IMG/VR virus record: IMGVR_UViG_3300042347_000715
Span: 1-46,536 of that record
Reading direction: 5' to 3' (one strand)
Source of the DNA: a virus
Lineage: Duplodnaviria; Caudoviricetes
Length of the DNA: 46,536 nt
Part shown: in pieces, positions 28,893 to 37,055 of the stretch
How the letters are laid out: the number at the start of each line of letters is the position of its first letter
Numbering within the stretch: position 1 is the stretch's first letter
Notes under the pieces: model-generated
What the model was told of the DNA's origin: nothing
The model's database searches: none
The model's input: only the letters and a program-made list of their open reading frames with translations
Program-made: the position numbers and the translations under genes

Positions 28893-28936
28893 TTGAATAG
28901 TTTTTCCCAAACTGATAATACCACTAAAAGCGGAAA

Positions 28937-29533
28937 TCAGCTCAGGTTGCCCCACTGGTCTGCCATCGCTTGGGCAATGCCGGTGTAGGTAAGGCTGCGT
29001 TGCTTGGCGCGAGTGGCTGAAGGTCCCAGCTTGTTCTGGCCGGAAGGTGTTTGATTCAGCCACACACCAGATTCAGGTTTTTGTACAACATTAGTGGGTT
29101 GAAGTTTTGGTAGGTTTTTGAGCCAGAGGCACGTCTTTTTGGATTCTTGGTGGCCGAATTGCCAAGGGTGGATGTATTGATCGGGCTTGCGTATGCGACT
29201 AGAAATGCAGCCGACGGGATTTTCCAGTGCAATGTACTTTACGGGTGCATTTAGTAACATTTGCACGAAACTTAGGGCGTCCTCTGTTAGTTGAGGATCG
29301 CGGATACCCCTTGTGGTCCAGTGCATCCCGGACGCAGCTAGGTATGTACAGGGCGGGAACGCGATAAGCATGTCCCAGTTGTGGTCCGAGTGCAATAAGG
29401 CTGTTACATCGCCTTGATAGTGATGCCCTGGTGATTCTGTAGGTAGTAAATCGCAGCTCATGGCGTAATGACCTTGAGCTGCGAAAGCATCACGCACTCG
29501 TCCGCTGTATTCACAGGCGACGAGCACCTTCAT
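28937..29533 (-). CDS. Short C5-cytosine DNA methyltransferase-like protein (198 aa)
   Basis: MKVLVACEYSG (SAM-binding), AFPPCT (catalytic PC), ALENPVG, KKTCLWL, RSLTY.GIA.AMA.QW; ATG 29533 chosen. Confidence 0.8.
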   Translation of the reverse strand: MKVLVACEYSGRVRDAFAAQGHYAMSCDLLPTESPGHHYQGDVTALLHSDHNWDMLIAFPPCTYLAASGMHWTTRGIRDPQLTEDALSFVQMLLNAPVKYIALENPVGCISSRIRKPDQYIHPWQFGHQESKKTCLWLKNLPKLQPTNVVQKPESGVWLNQTPSGQNKLGPSATRAKQRSLTYTGIAQAMADQWGNLS

Positions 29534-29535
29534 GA

Positions 29536-30117
29536 TCAGGCGGCCTTGAATGGGTTGCCCGCTGTAAGTAGGCGGGTGATGTCGAAGCCTTCGGATTTGG
29601 CTTCGATCCAGGCGGCGTCGATGTGCTCTTGGCTGCCCTTTTTGCGGGGGACGGGGCGGACGGTGTACTCGGTGGTAAGGCCGCTGCCCTTTTTGCCGAT
29701 GGTGAAGTCCCACTCCAGCAGTTCGGCGTAATCCTCCATTTGGGAGATCTGGTCGATTTCCTTGAGGATCGACTTTTGAGTGATCTGCAGGACTTGGACT
29801 TTGCCGGACTCGTAGTTGTAGACCGGGCAGGCGATGGCGAACTTCACGTCTGCTGTTCCAGGGCCGCCGCGTCCTTCGCGGGGCTCGAAGTCGCCCATTT
29901 CGGCAACCACGTCCTCGTAGGTGGGCTCGAAGTCGAAGCGAAAGGGCTTGTTGGCGCCGTTGGCAGCGCCCCAGCACTCGTAGAACTCCAGAGGTTCGTC
30001 AGTGAGTAGGGCGAAGCGGACGGAGCCACCATCGGGGAGTTTTGAAAGGCTGAGGTAGCCGCCGCCGGTGCCGTTGGAGGTGACTGCTGCTGAGGCGGTT
30101 TTGCTGAGGAAAGCCAT
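29536..30117 (-). CDS. Single-stranded DNA-binding protein (putative, 193 aa)
   Basis: SVRFALL, VYNY...VQVLQITQKSI, DFTIGKKGSGLTTEYTV.P resemble phage gp32-like SSBs; next to the exonuclease; ATG 30117. Confidence 0.7.
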   Translation of the reverse strand: MAFLSKTASAAVTSNGTGGGYLSLSKLPDGGSVRFALLTDEPLEFYECWGAANGANKPFRFDFEPTYEDVVAEMGDFEPREGRGGPGTADVKFAIACPVYNYESGKVQVLQITQKSILKEIDQISQMEDYAELLEWDFTIGKKGSGLTTEYTVRPVPRKKGSQEHIDAAWIEAKSEGFDITRLLTAGNPFKAA

Positions 30118-30258
30118 TTGTGTAGGTGTTTGGTGTGGTCGGCAGGGTGCCAACGCCTTACACAGTAACACGGGTTGACCGGGGGCGCTACCGTACAAAA
30201 ACGCCCCTACAGCGGGAGCTGCGGGGGCGTGGTGAACATTCTCGTGTGAGACTCTAAC

Positions 30259-32679
30259 ATGTCGCAAAGTAAGACGCAGGACTTGCTGGCCTTTGTGCGC
30301 CAGCTGCCTGTTGGGCTGGCGTATGCACCGATTTACGCCAAGGATCAGGCGATCCAGTCCGGGAAAATCTCGAAGGGCAAGACGCCGTTGGAGCGCAGTC
30401 ACCATCAGGTGATGGCGCCGTCGGATGTGGCGCTCCAGATCGAGCGGAAGCCGGAGGTGTTCCAGGCCGTGGGCGTCTTTACCGGCGGTCGCAGCGCTGG
30501 ACTCGTGATTCTTGACGTGGATCGGAATCTCAGCCGTCTCAAAAAGAAATGGGGGGATTCGCTGGAGGGTGCTCCAGTCATCACCTCGACCAAGGCGAAC
30601 GCTGCAAAGTACCTGTTCCGCGTTCCTGAGGCCCTGTGGGGCTCGGTGAAGGGTTTTGGGCTGTCGGATACCGGTGCTGGGTACGAGGTGCTCTGGGGCC
30701 GTCAGGGCGTCATCTACGGGGCTTATCCGGGCTCCAGTGATGGGAAGGCTCCAGCAGGGCAGTACGGCTTTGAAGGGGACCTGGAGGCGATTCCTGATGC
30801 GCCTGAGTGGTTGCTGGCGGAGATGCGGGATCACGCCGGTAAGGAGATCCAGGACGGTGGGTTCATCAAGAACCGGAAGGCGCTGGATTTTTCGGATCGG
30901 GATCCAGCTGAGGTGGCTGAAATCATCCAGTCGGCGCTGATGGTGATTCCTGGGCAGGGCAGTGGCAGCCGGGATCACTGGGTGAAGGTGGGGATGGCGA
31001 TCCACTCGGAGTTGCCGACTGACCTTGGTTTGACGCTTTGGTCGGCGTGGTCTGCGGAAGACCCGGAATTTTCACAGGATTGGGCAGACGGCAACCCCTG
31101 TGAGGAGGTCTGGAAGTCCTTTCGGAAGGGGCCGGTCAGTCTCGGAACGCTCTTCTGGATGGCGGACCAGCAGATGCCTGGTCGGATGTGGTTGTCGGAG
31201 GATCTGCGGCGGATTGTTGTCGACGCTGAGCAGGACCGGGTGCAGCGATTCCGCAGCGTTGGTCTTTCGCATGAGGAACTTGTGCGGCGGGCTGACGCGG
31301 CTATGAAGCTGCCGAATCCTTCTGAGGTGCAGCACAAGCTCCACGAAATCGCAATGGAGGCTGGCTACCGCGATGCTTCTGCCGTGGTGCGGCTTCTGAT
31401 CGCGGATCAGGAGTTTCGCCGGGGGTCTCATGGCGGATCGCTCCAAGAGATTTTTGCTGCGGAGGAAACGCCCATCGAATACCTCATTCCCGACCTTTTG
31501 CCGAAGCCTGGAACGGTGCTGATGCACGGCCGTGGTGGCTGCGGCAAGACCATGGCGGTGCTGACCTTGGCTCAACACATCGCTCGCGGAACTCCTTTCT
31601 CAGTGCGAGGGCAAGAGGTGCCGGTGGAGCAGGGCACTGTGCTGTGGCTGAACGGCGATCAAAACAGTCGGCGGATCCGTAAGCAGTTCCAGGATTTGGA
31701 TTTCACCGCGAACGATCCGGTGATCGTGCGGAACAAGGTCTCGATGCTTTGGTACCCCTGGTTTATCCAGCAGATTGAGGAGCATCGCCCCAAGCTTGTG
31801 GTGTGGGACTCGGTTACAGCCTGTATGCGGGGCTGTGCGTTTGACCAAAACAAGGCGGAGTATGCCGAACCGTTGTACTGGTACAGCGCAGAAAACGGCG
31901 AAAGCTTCCCGGCCACCACGATCCTGTTCATTCACCATGCCAACAAGGAAGGCGGCTTTAGGGGCACTACAGCCCTTGAAGACGGCGTGGACGAGTCTTG
32001 GGCCATCAAACGGCCGGAGAAGTCCGAGCTGGAGCGTGTAGGGGCCTCTGCGCGGCTTATCACCATCGGTAAGAGCCGCGAGGGCAACGAGGGCAAGCAG
32101 CTGATCTTGCGCCAGAAGGAAGACCTGACCTTTTCGCTCCAAGACTTGCCGCCTGTTGATGGCGGGGATTCCGCCAGCCCGGCTTCGATTATTGACCGGG
32201 TGCTCCAGCGCCTTCGCACTAAGGGTGTGCCGATGACCAAGGCGGAGCTGAACGCTGATCCGCTTCTGGGAGGCAGCGTGAGCGCCATCTCGAAGTCGCT
32301 CCAGCGTTTGGTGGATCGGGGGTTGGTTGCTGCTGAGGGGGATCGTTCCAGCAAGAGATACGTAGCTGTTCTCGCGCGCAGGGGGGTCGGAAGTATTTCT
32401 TGTCCCAAAGAAGAAGAATCCAGTGCTGGAGCGCCTTCTCAGGAAATCGGCTGTCCCGATCTGTCCCAAGTTGTCCCAAGTTGTCCCAAACAGGGCAAGG
32501 GGACACCGAAAGGACAAGCTGGGACAAAACGGGACAAACTGGGACAGCCAAAACAGGCAGAGCCATTGCAGCGCAATGGTTTTGAGAGTTTGGGACAAGA
32601 AGACGGCGACCTATTCACGCGCGAGGACCGAACGAGGGCGGAATTGGACAGGATGCTCAGCGAGGCTGATATTTGGTGA
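30259..32679 (+). CDS. Primase-polymerase / PriCT-2 / AAA helicase fusion (806 aa)
   Basis: GVFTG...LVILDVD (Prim-Pol), RDHWVKVGMAIH...WSAWS (PriCT-2), Walker A HGRGGCGKT, Walker B LVVWDS, IHHANK. Confidence 0.9.
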   Translation: MSQSKTQDLLAFVRQLPVGLAYAPIYAKDQAIQSGKISKGKTPLERSHHQVMAPSDVALQIERKPEVFQAVGVFTGGRSAGLVILDVDRNLSRLKKKWGDSLEGAPVITSTKANAAKYLFRVPEALWGSVKGFGLSDTGAGYEVLWGRQGVIYGAYPGSSDGKAPAGQYGFEGDLEAIPDAPEWLLAEMRDHAGKEIQDGGFIKNRKALDFSDRDPAEVAEIIQSALMVIPGQGSGSRDHWVKVGMAIHSELPTDLGLTLWSAWSAEDPEFSQDWADGNPCEEVWKSFRKGPVSLGTLFWMADQQMPGRMWLSEDLRRIVVDAEQDRVQRFRSVGLSHEELVRRADAAMKLPNPSEVQHKLHEIAMEAGYRDASAVVRLLIADQEFRRGSHGGSLQEIFAAEETPIEYLIPDLLPKPGTVLMHGRGGCGKTMAVLTLAQHIARGTPFSVRGQEVPVEQGTVLWLNGDQNSRRIRKQFQDLDFTANDPVIVRNKVSMLWYPWFIQQIEEHRPKLVVWDSVTACMRGCAFDQNKAEYAEPLYWYSAENGESFPATTILFIHHANKEGGFRGTTALEDGVDESWAIKRPEKSELERVGASARLITIGKSREGNEGKQLILRQKEDLTFSLQDLPPVDGGDSASPASIIDRVLQRLRTKGVPMTKAELNADPLLGGSVSAISKSLQRLVDRGLVAAEGDRSSKRYVAVLARRGVGSISCPKEEESSAGAPSQEIGCPDLSQVVPSCPKQGKGTPKGQAGTKRDKLGQPKQAEPLQRNGFESLGQEDGDLFTREDRTRAELDRMLSEADIW
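32401..32597. repeat. Phased TGTCCC/GGGACA iteron-like array (candidate replication origin)
   Basis: TGTCCC at 32401, 32452, 32462, 32472, 32482; inverse (G)GGACA at 32500, 32512, 32521, 32531, 32541, 32592. Confidence 0.75.
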
Positions 32680-32716
32680 AAAGTGCGGTAGAGTTACGCG
32701 GTTCATACGCACTTTT

Positions 32717-32914
32717 ATGAACCGCGTAACTTTTTCCTGTAACGACATGACCGCCAACGAGCTGGAGTGGCTGTCCAAACGAACCATGCGAAGGACGTCC
32801 AACCTCATTTCGTTCCTGATCGCCCAAGAGGTGGAGCGCCAACTGGCCGACATGCCTCAGGACGAACGTGCCGAGGTCTATGCCGCCCTCACGGAGGTTC
32901 GAGTTCTTTGCTGA
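32717..32914 (+). CDS. Small ribbon-helix-helix-like protein (65 aa)
   Basis: MNRVTFSC beta-strand then LEWLSKRTMRRTSNLISFLI helices; ATG 32717. Confidence 0.6.
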   Translation: MNRVTFSCNDMTANELEWLSKRTMRRTSNLISFLIAQEVERQLADMPQDERAEVYAALTEVRVLC

Positions 32915-32938
32915 CGCCCTGCCTATCCCGATCTACCG

Positions 32939-33274
32939 ATGTTCGCCACGCCTAACTTTTTCCTAGGGCTCATGCGGGTTGCCGCGTGGGTGTTTTGGAG
33001 AGATCCCGTGAAGCCGGAACCGCCCCAGCCGAAGCGCCCCAGGAAGCCCACCCTGGGGTACACCGTCGGCGACATCCCTTATGAGCTGATGGCGGTGGTC
33101 CGGGTCTCTTGGTACCGCAAGGGCATGGCCTACGAGGTCGAGGAGTACCAGATCGAGGAGTCGGACGACGCTGACAAGCAGTTCCGATACGTGGTTGGGA
33201 CGGCACTTCGCCAAGGTGCTGACGTCTGCGTGCTCACGCAGTACCAGCCAGAAGCCCTAGGTGTGCAACAATAG
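32939..33274 (+). CDS. Hypothetical protein (111 aa)
   Basis: ORF in the plus-strand operon. Confidence 0.7.
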   Translation: MFATPNFFLGLMRVAAWVFWRDPVKPEPPQPKRPRKPTLGYTVGDIPYELMAVVRVSWYRKGMAYEVEEYQIEESDDADKQFRYVVGTALRQGADVCVLTQYQPEALGVQQ

Positions 33275-33278
33275 AAGC

Positions 33279-33352
33279 GTTCCCGCTCTGCCTCGGCATC
33301 GGGCCACAGAGCCCAAGCCCCTGTGCGTCCTTGAGGCGTCTCACGCTTGGGC
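33279..33352 (+). ncRNA. Candidate two-hairpin sRNA/leader, copy 1
   Basis: GTTCCCGCTCTGC-CTCG-GCATCGGGC then a GCCCAAGC/GCTTGGGC hairpin; first hairpin recurs at 45809-45784 (minus). Confidence 0.5.
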
Positions 33353-33356
33353 CATC

Positions 33357-33435
33357 CACCCAGTCCGAGCCAACGGATAGGACGGCACTCACGCTGCAGC
33401 GTGTGGCGATGCGGGTTCGAATCCCGCCTGGGTGC
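33357..33435 (+). ncRNA. tRNA-like element (intact acceptor and T arms, non-canonical D/anticodon arms)
   Basis: Acceptor CACCCAG/CTGGGTG; T arm GCGGG-TTCGAAT-CCCGC; anticodon region is the palindrome CACGCTGCAGCGTG with no 7-nt loop; no encoded CCA. Confidence 0.65.
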
Positions 33436-33489
33436 TGCGGCAGCTGTGTTTTATAGCTGTCAGCTAATTAACTTAAAAACTTTTAAGTA

Positions 33490-33834
33490 ATGACACATCA
33501 CCCCATTACCCCACCGCCGGAGCTGGTGCAGCAGTGGTGGGACGACTTCAACGGTGCCTTCTACGAGTTTGAAGCAATTACCGCCAAGGTTTTCCAGGCT
33601 GGCGCAGATCAAGAGCTGGAGGCGTGCTGTGAGTGGGTCAAAAGCAAGCAGACCTATTGGGCACACGACGAACTTCGCGCCGCACGCCGGCCCAAGCCAC
33701 CGAGCTTTGTCGCGCAAGCGGAAGCATTGGTCGAGTGCCACGAGGATGGCTGGTGCCCAAGCCCCGCTCAATGGCGTGTAATCCGAGACGGACTCGCCGA
33801 AGGCCGCCGCGCACTGGAGCAGCTTGATGACTGA
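33490..33834 (+). CDS. HPITP-family accessory protein, paralog 1
   Basis: HPITPPPELV and GADQELEACCEW...LRAARRPKPPS shared with 44847..45197. Confidence 0.8.
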   Translation: MTHHPITPPPELVQQWWDDFNGAFYEFEAITAKVFQAGADQELEACCEWVKSKQTYWAHDELRAARRPKPPSFVAQAEALVECHEDGWCPSPAQWRVIRDGLAEGRRALEQLDD

Positions 33835-34006
33835 TTTTTTGAAGCTAAAGATTTCCCAGAAGCAAATTGCGTGTCCCAAGCACGGCACGCACACGCATTA
33901 CATCAGCAGCGACATCGAAGGTCACGAAGGGCACTGGTGCATGTTGTGTTGGCTTGAAACCCTTGGTCCCTCACTGCCGCTTGTGGAGGAGCAGTTCGAT
34001 GACTGA
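33827..34006 (+). CDS. Small Zn-binding protein (CPKHG...CMLC)
   Basis: Overlap-coupled ORF with CxxH/CxxC motifs. Confidence 0.65.
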   Translation: MTDFLKLKISQKQIACPKHGTHTHYISSDIEGHEGHWCMLCWLETLGPSLPLVEEQFDD

Positions 34007-34196
34007 CCACCCCATCACCCCACCGCCCGAACTGGTAAGGCAGTGGTTACTGGAGTATTACGGCGGCGACCTTGGCGAATTAAGCCCTGAGGAGATGTAC
34101 CTCGCTAGGTGCGCTGCTCAGTGGGGCTACCAGCAGCACGAGAAAGAGCTGCTTGATGCCATGCACTCCACAGTGCCGCAGCCTTACGCCTCGTAG
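33999..34196 (+). CDS. HPITP-family accessory protein, paralog 2 (65 aa)
   Basis: MTDHPITPPPELVRQW...AAQWG; ATG 33999. Confidence 0.75.
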   Translation: MTDHPITPPPELVRQWLLEYYGGDLGELSPEEMYLARCAAQWGYQQHEKELLDAMHSTVPQPYAS

Positions 34197-34203
34197 CAAA
34201 AGG

Positions 34204-34300
34204 GGTGGCCGGTGGCGGGTCCTCACGCGGTGCCCGCCTTTTTTCCCGCAGCCGGCTGCCACTGGATCGCCCAGACTCCTCCAGAAAGGGTCTAGGCCAC
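34204..34300 (+). ncRNA. Candidate structured RNA with two possible pseudoknots (contains a terminator-like hairpin)
   Basis: Manual pairing, detailed in findings. Confidence 0.5.
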
Positions 34301-34427
34301 AACACTAGCGAGTTCGCCCCAGCCAGCGCGTGTTAAGAAAAGCAACTGCCGGGGCTTGCGTGCTGGCTGTCTGTGTGCAACACTAAGGGCAAGCCCGTCG
34401 AGGCGGGCTCTGTATTACTGATTAACA

Positions 34428-34670
34428 ATGCACGATCCAACTACAGTCAAATTCAACCGCGACAAGCTCAGCACTTGGTACTTCTCCGTTACCTGGGCTC
34501 GTATGCAGCTGGAGCAGAAGATCCAGCAGTTCCAAGGCTGGGGGTTCAGCACCAGCTACGACGAGACCCAACTGGAACGGCTTCTGGATCTGGAGCAGTT
34601 CCTCAAGATGACTTGGGATGAGCGCATGGATGCGCTGCAGATCGACCAACCTGCGCAGGAGGTCAAGTGA
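34428..34670 (+). CDS. Hypothetical protein (80 aa)
   Basis: ORF after promoter-like GTGTGCAACACT (34373-34384). Confidence 0.7.
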   Translation: MHDPTTVKFNRDKLSTWYFSVTWARMQLEQKIQQFQGWGFSTSYDETQLERLLDLEQFLKMTWDERMDALQIDQPAQEVK

Positions 34671-34924
34671 GCCAGGTACAGAGCATTGAGGAGATCCGTT
34701 TCGAAGGTGACCGCCTTGTCGTTGATGCCGTTGTTGACGACATGGTGGTGCGTTATCCGCAGACGCAGTTCGAGCCAGCCGAGTGGGGGCCTGCCCTGTG
34801 CAGAGGCACCCTTTACTTTTCAGATGAAGACTTGATTCCAGCCACCGATGCCGAACTCCGGGCCATGCTCACCGAGCGGGTCGATGACTGGGCTCCACTC
34901 GACACGTCTGATTGGGACGTCTGA
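34667..34924 (+). CDS. Hypothetical acidic protein (85 aa)
   Basis: GTGA-coupled ORF. Confidence 0.7.
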   Translation: MSQVQSIEEIRFEGDRLVVDAVVDDMVVRYPQTQFEPAEWGPALCRGTLYFSDEDLIPATDAELRAMLTERVDDWAPLDTSDWDV

Positions 34925-35174
34925 AGCTCGTGACCTACGTAACCAAGACGACTACGACGACTGGTGCGTAGGGCTAGAGCCCATACCGGGGGATACGCAC
35001 TGGGTCCGGGTTCGCACCTTGACCCAGCTTTACTGCCACCTCATCTACGTGTTCGCCACCAGCGACACCATCAGCTCCACTCGACTTGCACAGCTGGCGA
35101 TCCACGAGATTCTCAAGTTGAGACTCACGGATCTCACCCGGATACGCCAGCAAGACCCTAACTACTTTGCTTGA
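34884..35174 (+). CDS. Hypothetical protein
   Basis: ORF fills the gap between neighbours; start uncertain. Confidence 0.55.
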   Translation: MTGLHSTRLIGTSEARDLRNQDDYDDWCVGLEPIPGDTHWVRVRTLTQLYCHLIYVFATSDTISSTRLAQLAIHEILKLRLTDLTRIRQQDPNYFA

Positions 35175-35181
35175 AATTCAA

Positions 35182-35607
35182 ATGACTGACGCACAGTTCA
35201 ATCTGCTCCAGCTGGAGCAACGGCCTAACTGGTACGACCACCTTGGGCAGGTGGAGCAAGCTATGGCTAACGAGCAGGATGTCTGGGCACTGCGGAAAGA
35301 TTATGGCTGGGATGGCGATGACGGCGGTGAGTGGGGTCCGAATCCCTTGGATCCTGATACCTTTGTACTTGAACAGGAGTGGGAAGACACCTTGGGACTT
35401 CCCTTCCCGGAGGATTTTCAGTCCTCTGATTCCTACGTGTACGAGCTGATGGTTACTATCGGCAAGTACAAGGATGATCCAGCCGTCATGGCGCACATGG
35501 TTGCGTTACGTGCGGCAGACTACCTTGGCAATCTCGGCGAGCCTCAGCTTGGCGCGATTCGGGGACAACTACGCACTTCCTACATAGTCGAACACGCTAA
35601 TGACTGA
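35182..35607 (+). CDS. Acidic hypothetical protein
   Basis: ATG 35182; D/E-rich. Confidence 0.7.
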   Translation: MTDAQFNLLQLEQRPNWYDHLGQVEQAMANEQDVWALRKDYGWDGDDGGEWGPNPLDPDTFVLEQEWEDTLGLPFPEDFQSSDSYVYELMVTIGKYKDDPAVMAHMVALRAADYLGNLGEPQLGAIRGQLRTSYIVEHAND

Positions 35608-35857
35608 AACTGCAATGGTGCCCTTCTACCGCTCTTACCTGTTGGGCGGCAAGATGGTTTACCTGGACAAGCTTTCGGAGTTGTCCGACAGCGAGCTGAA
35701 CATGCTCAACATTGAGACTATGGCCTCGCTGGAGGAGGCTCGCCGCGACTACGAGGCTGTTGAAAACAAGCAAAGCGAGGAGGGCGGTTCTGTCTACCGC
35801 CGTCTCAAGGTGGCTGGTTATTTCCAGGCTGCCATCAAGCTTGAGATCCAGAACTGA
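35600..35857 (+). CDS. Hypothetical protein (85 aa)
   Basis: Overlap-coupled ORF. Confidence 0.7.
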   Translation: MTETAMVPFYRSYLLGGKMVYLDKLSELSDSELNMLNIETMASLEEARRDYEAVENKQSEEGGSVYRRLKVAGYFQAAIKLEIQN

Positions 35858-35890
35858 CCATCGCCTACTACACTGCACCCGTTCTTACAC

Positions 35891-36301
35891 ATGAGCATGT
35901 ACGTTCTCTCTGAATCCCAGTTCGATCAAATCACTAAGGCGCTTGAGGCAGCACGCTTTGCGCTTGAGACGTCCCAGCACGTGCAGTTGGATCTGACCAA
36001 GCCCAAGCAGACCATTCCCCTGCCTGCTGGCGAGAAGCTTGTACGTACAGCAGACGTACAAAAGGTCAAGTCTCAAAGTAAGACTCGTAAGTCCAGCCGC
36101 AAGGGGCAGCGGGGTGTGGCGGTGTTGACTGAACCCAAGGTGTTGGAGATCAAGCGCCAGCTGGCTGCTGGTGGCAAGACCGTTGGGGCGATTGCACGTG
36201 AGTTTGGCGTGCATATGACCACCATCAACTGCATCAAGTGGGGTAAGACCTGGAAACATGTGCAGATCCAGCAGCCGGTTCCTGTTGTGGTGGCTGACTG
36301 A
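35891..36301 (+). CDS. HTH DNA-binding protein (136 aa)
   Basis: LTEPKVLEIKR...VGAIAREFGVHMTTINCIKWGKTW C-terminal HTH. Confidence 0.75.
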   Translation: MSMYVLSESQFDQITKALEAARFALETSQHVQLDLTKPKQTIPLPAGEKLVRTADVQKVKSQSKTRKSSRKGQRGVAVLTEPKVLEIKRQLAAGGKTVGAIAREFGVHMTTINCIKWGKTWKHVQIQQPVPVVVAD

Positions 36302-36816
36302 TGGGTGGGGTCTTGTGTGATCACGAGATCCATAACTTGGCGCGGCGGGGTTTGGTCTCGCCGTTCCAGGTGGAACTGGTGAATCCTGCCAGTCTTGATG
36401 TGAGACTCGGTGAGAATCTGTTGGTTGAGGAGCCGAAGGTGCCTGCGTTACTTCCGCTCAGCATTGCTGGGCATACGCAGGAAAAGCCGTTCATGCTCCA
36501 GCCGCATCAGTTCGTTCTCGCGGAAACTGCGGAGGAGTTCGACTTCCCGGATTGTGTCGCGGGGCAATTGGCGCTCAAGTCGAGTCGTGCCAGGGAGGGG
36601 ATTGAGCATCTTCTTGCCGGGTACATTGACCCCGGTTACAAAGGGCGGCTAACGCTGGAACTACAGAACGCTAGGTCTTTGCACGCTGTTGCGTTGTGGC
36701 CGGGTATGCGTATTGCGCAGATTGTGTTCCACAAAATGTCGATGTTGCCCGGCAAGAGCTACTCAGTTACAGGCCGTTATCACGGCGACACTGCTGTTCA
36801 GGGGTCTAAGGGATGA
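36301..36816 (+). CDS. dcd: dCTP deaminase (trimeric dUTPase superfamily)
   Basis: VNPASLDVRLG, KSSRAREG, AGYIDPGYKGRLTLEL, PGMRIAQIVF, GRY motifs. Confidence 0.92.
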   Translation: MGGVLCDHEIHNLARRGLVSPFQVELVNPASLDVRLGENLLVEEPKVPALLPLSIAGHTQEKPFMLQPHQFVLAETAEEFDFPDCVAGQLALKSSRAREGIEHLLAGYIDPGYKGRLTLELQNARSLHAVALWPGMRIAQIVFHKMSMLPGKSYSVTGRYHGDTAVQGSKG

Positions 36817-37055
36817 GTGATCCAGTTAATCAGCCCAGTCATTACACGGCTGGGCGCGTCGAGGTGATCGACGTGATTGAGGACTGGGTAAAGCACGCGC
36901 CCGATGCTGTTGTTGGTGGTCTGCAATGGCAGGTCATCAAATACGTCAGTCGGGCGTGGCTTAAAGAAGATCCTTACAAGGATTTTTGCAAAGCCCGCTG
37001 GTATTTGACCCGACTGATTAACACGCTTGCTACTGAACCTTACAAGAATGACTGA
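36813..37055 (+). CDS. DUF3310-family protein
   Basis: DPVNQPSHYT.G.VEVIDVI...IKYVSRA..K.....D..KARWYL motif. Confidence 0.85.
   Translation: MSDPVNQPSHYTAGRVEVIDVIEDWVKHAPDAVVGGLQWQVIKYVSRAWLKEDPYKDFCKARWYLTRLINTLATEPYKND

Noticed and set aside
28937-31005. Long N-terminal extensions of ORFs 28937..29977 and 29536..31005
   Set aside because: Extensions overlap real genes (SSB, primase); recognisable domains start at ATG 29533 and ATG 30117
31600-32598. 332-aa minus-strand ORF and similar long antisense ORFs in capsid, tube and terminase genes
   Set aside because: No motifs; expected shadow frames in GC-rich coding DNA
33357-33435. Functional tRNA-Cys(GCA) or attP site
   Set aside because: No canonical anticodon stem-loop can be drawn and there is no integrase; kept only as a tRNA-like element
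33274-33470. HDV-like/theta ribozyme beside the tRNA-like element
   Set aside because: Could not assemble the nested P1-P2-P3-P1.1-P4 topology by eye
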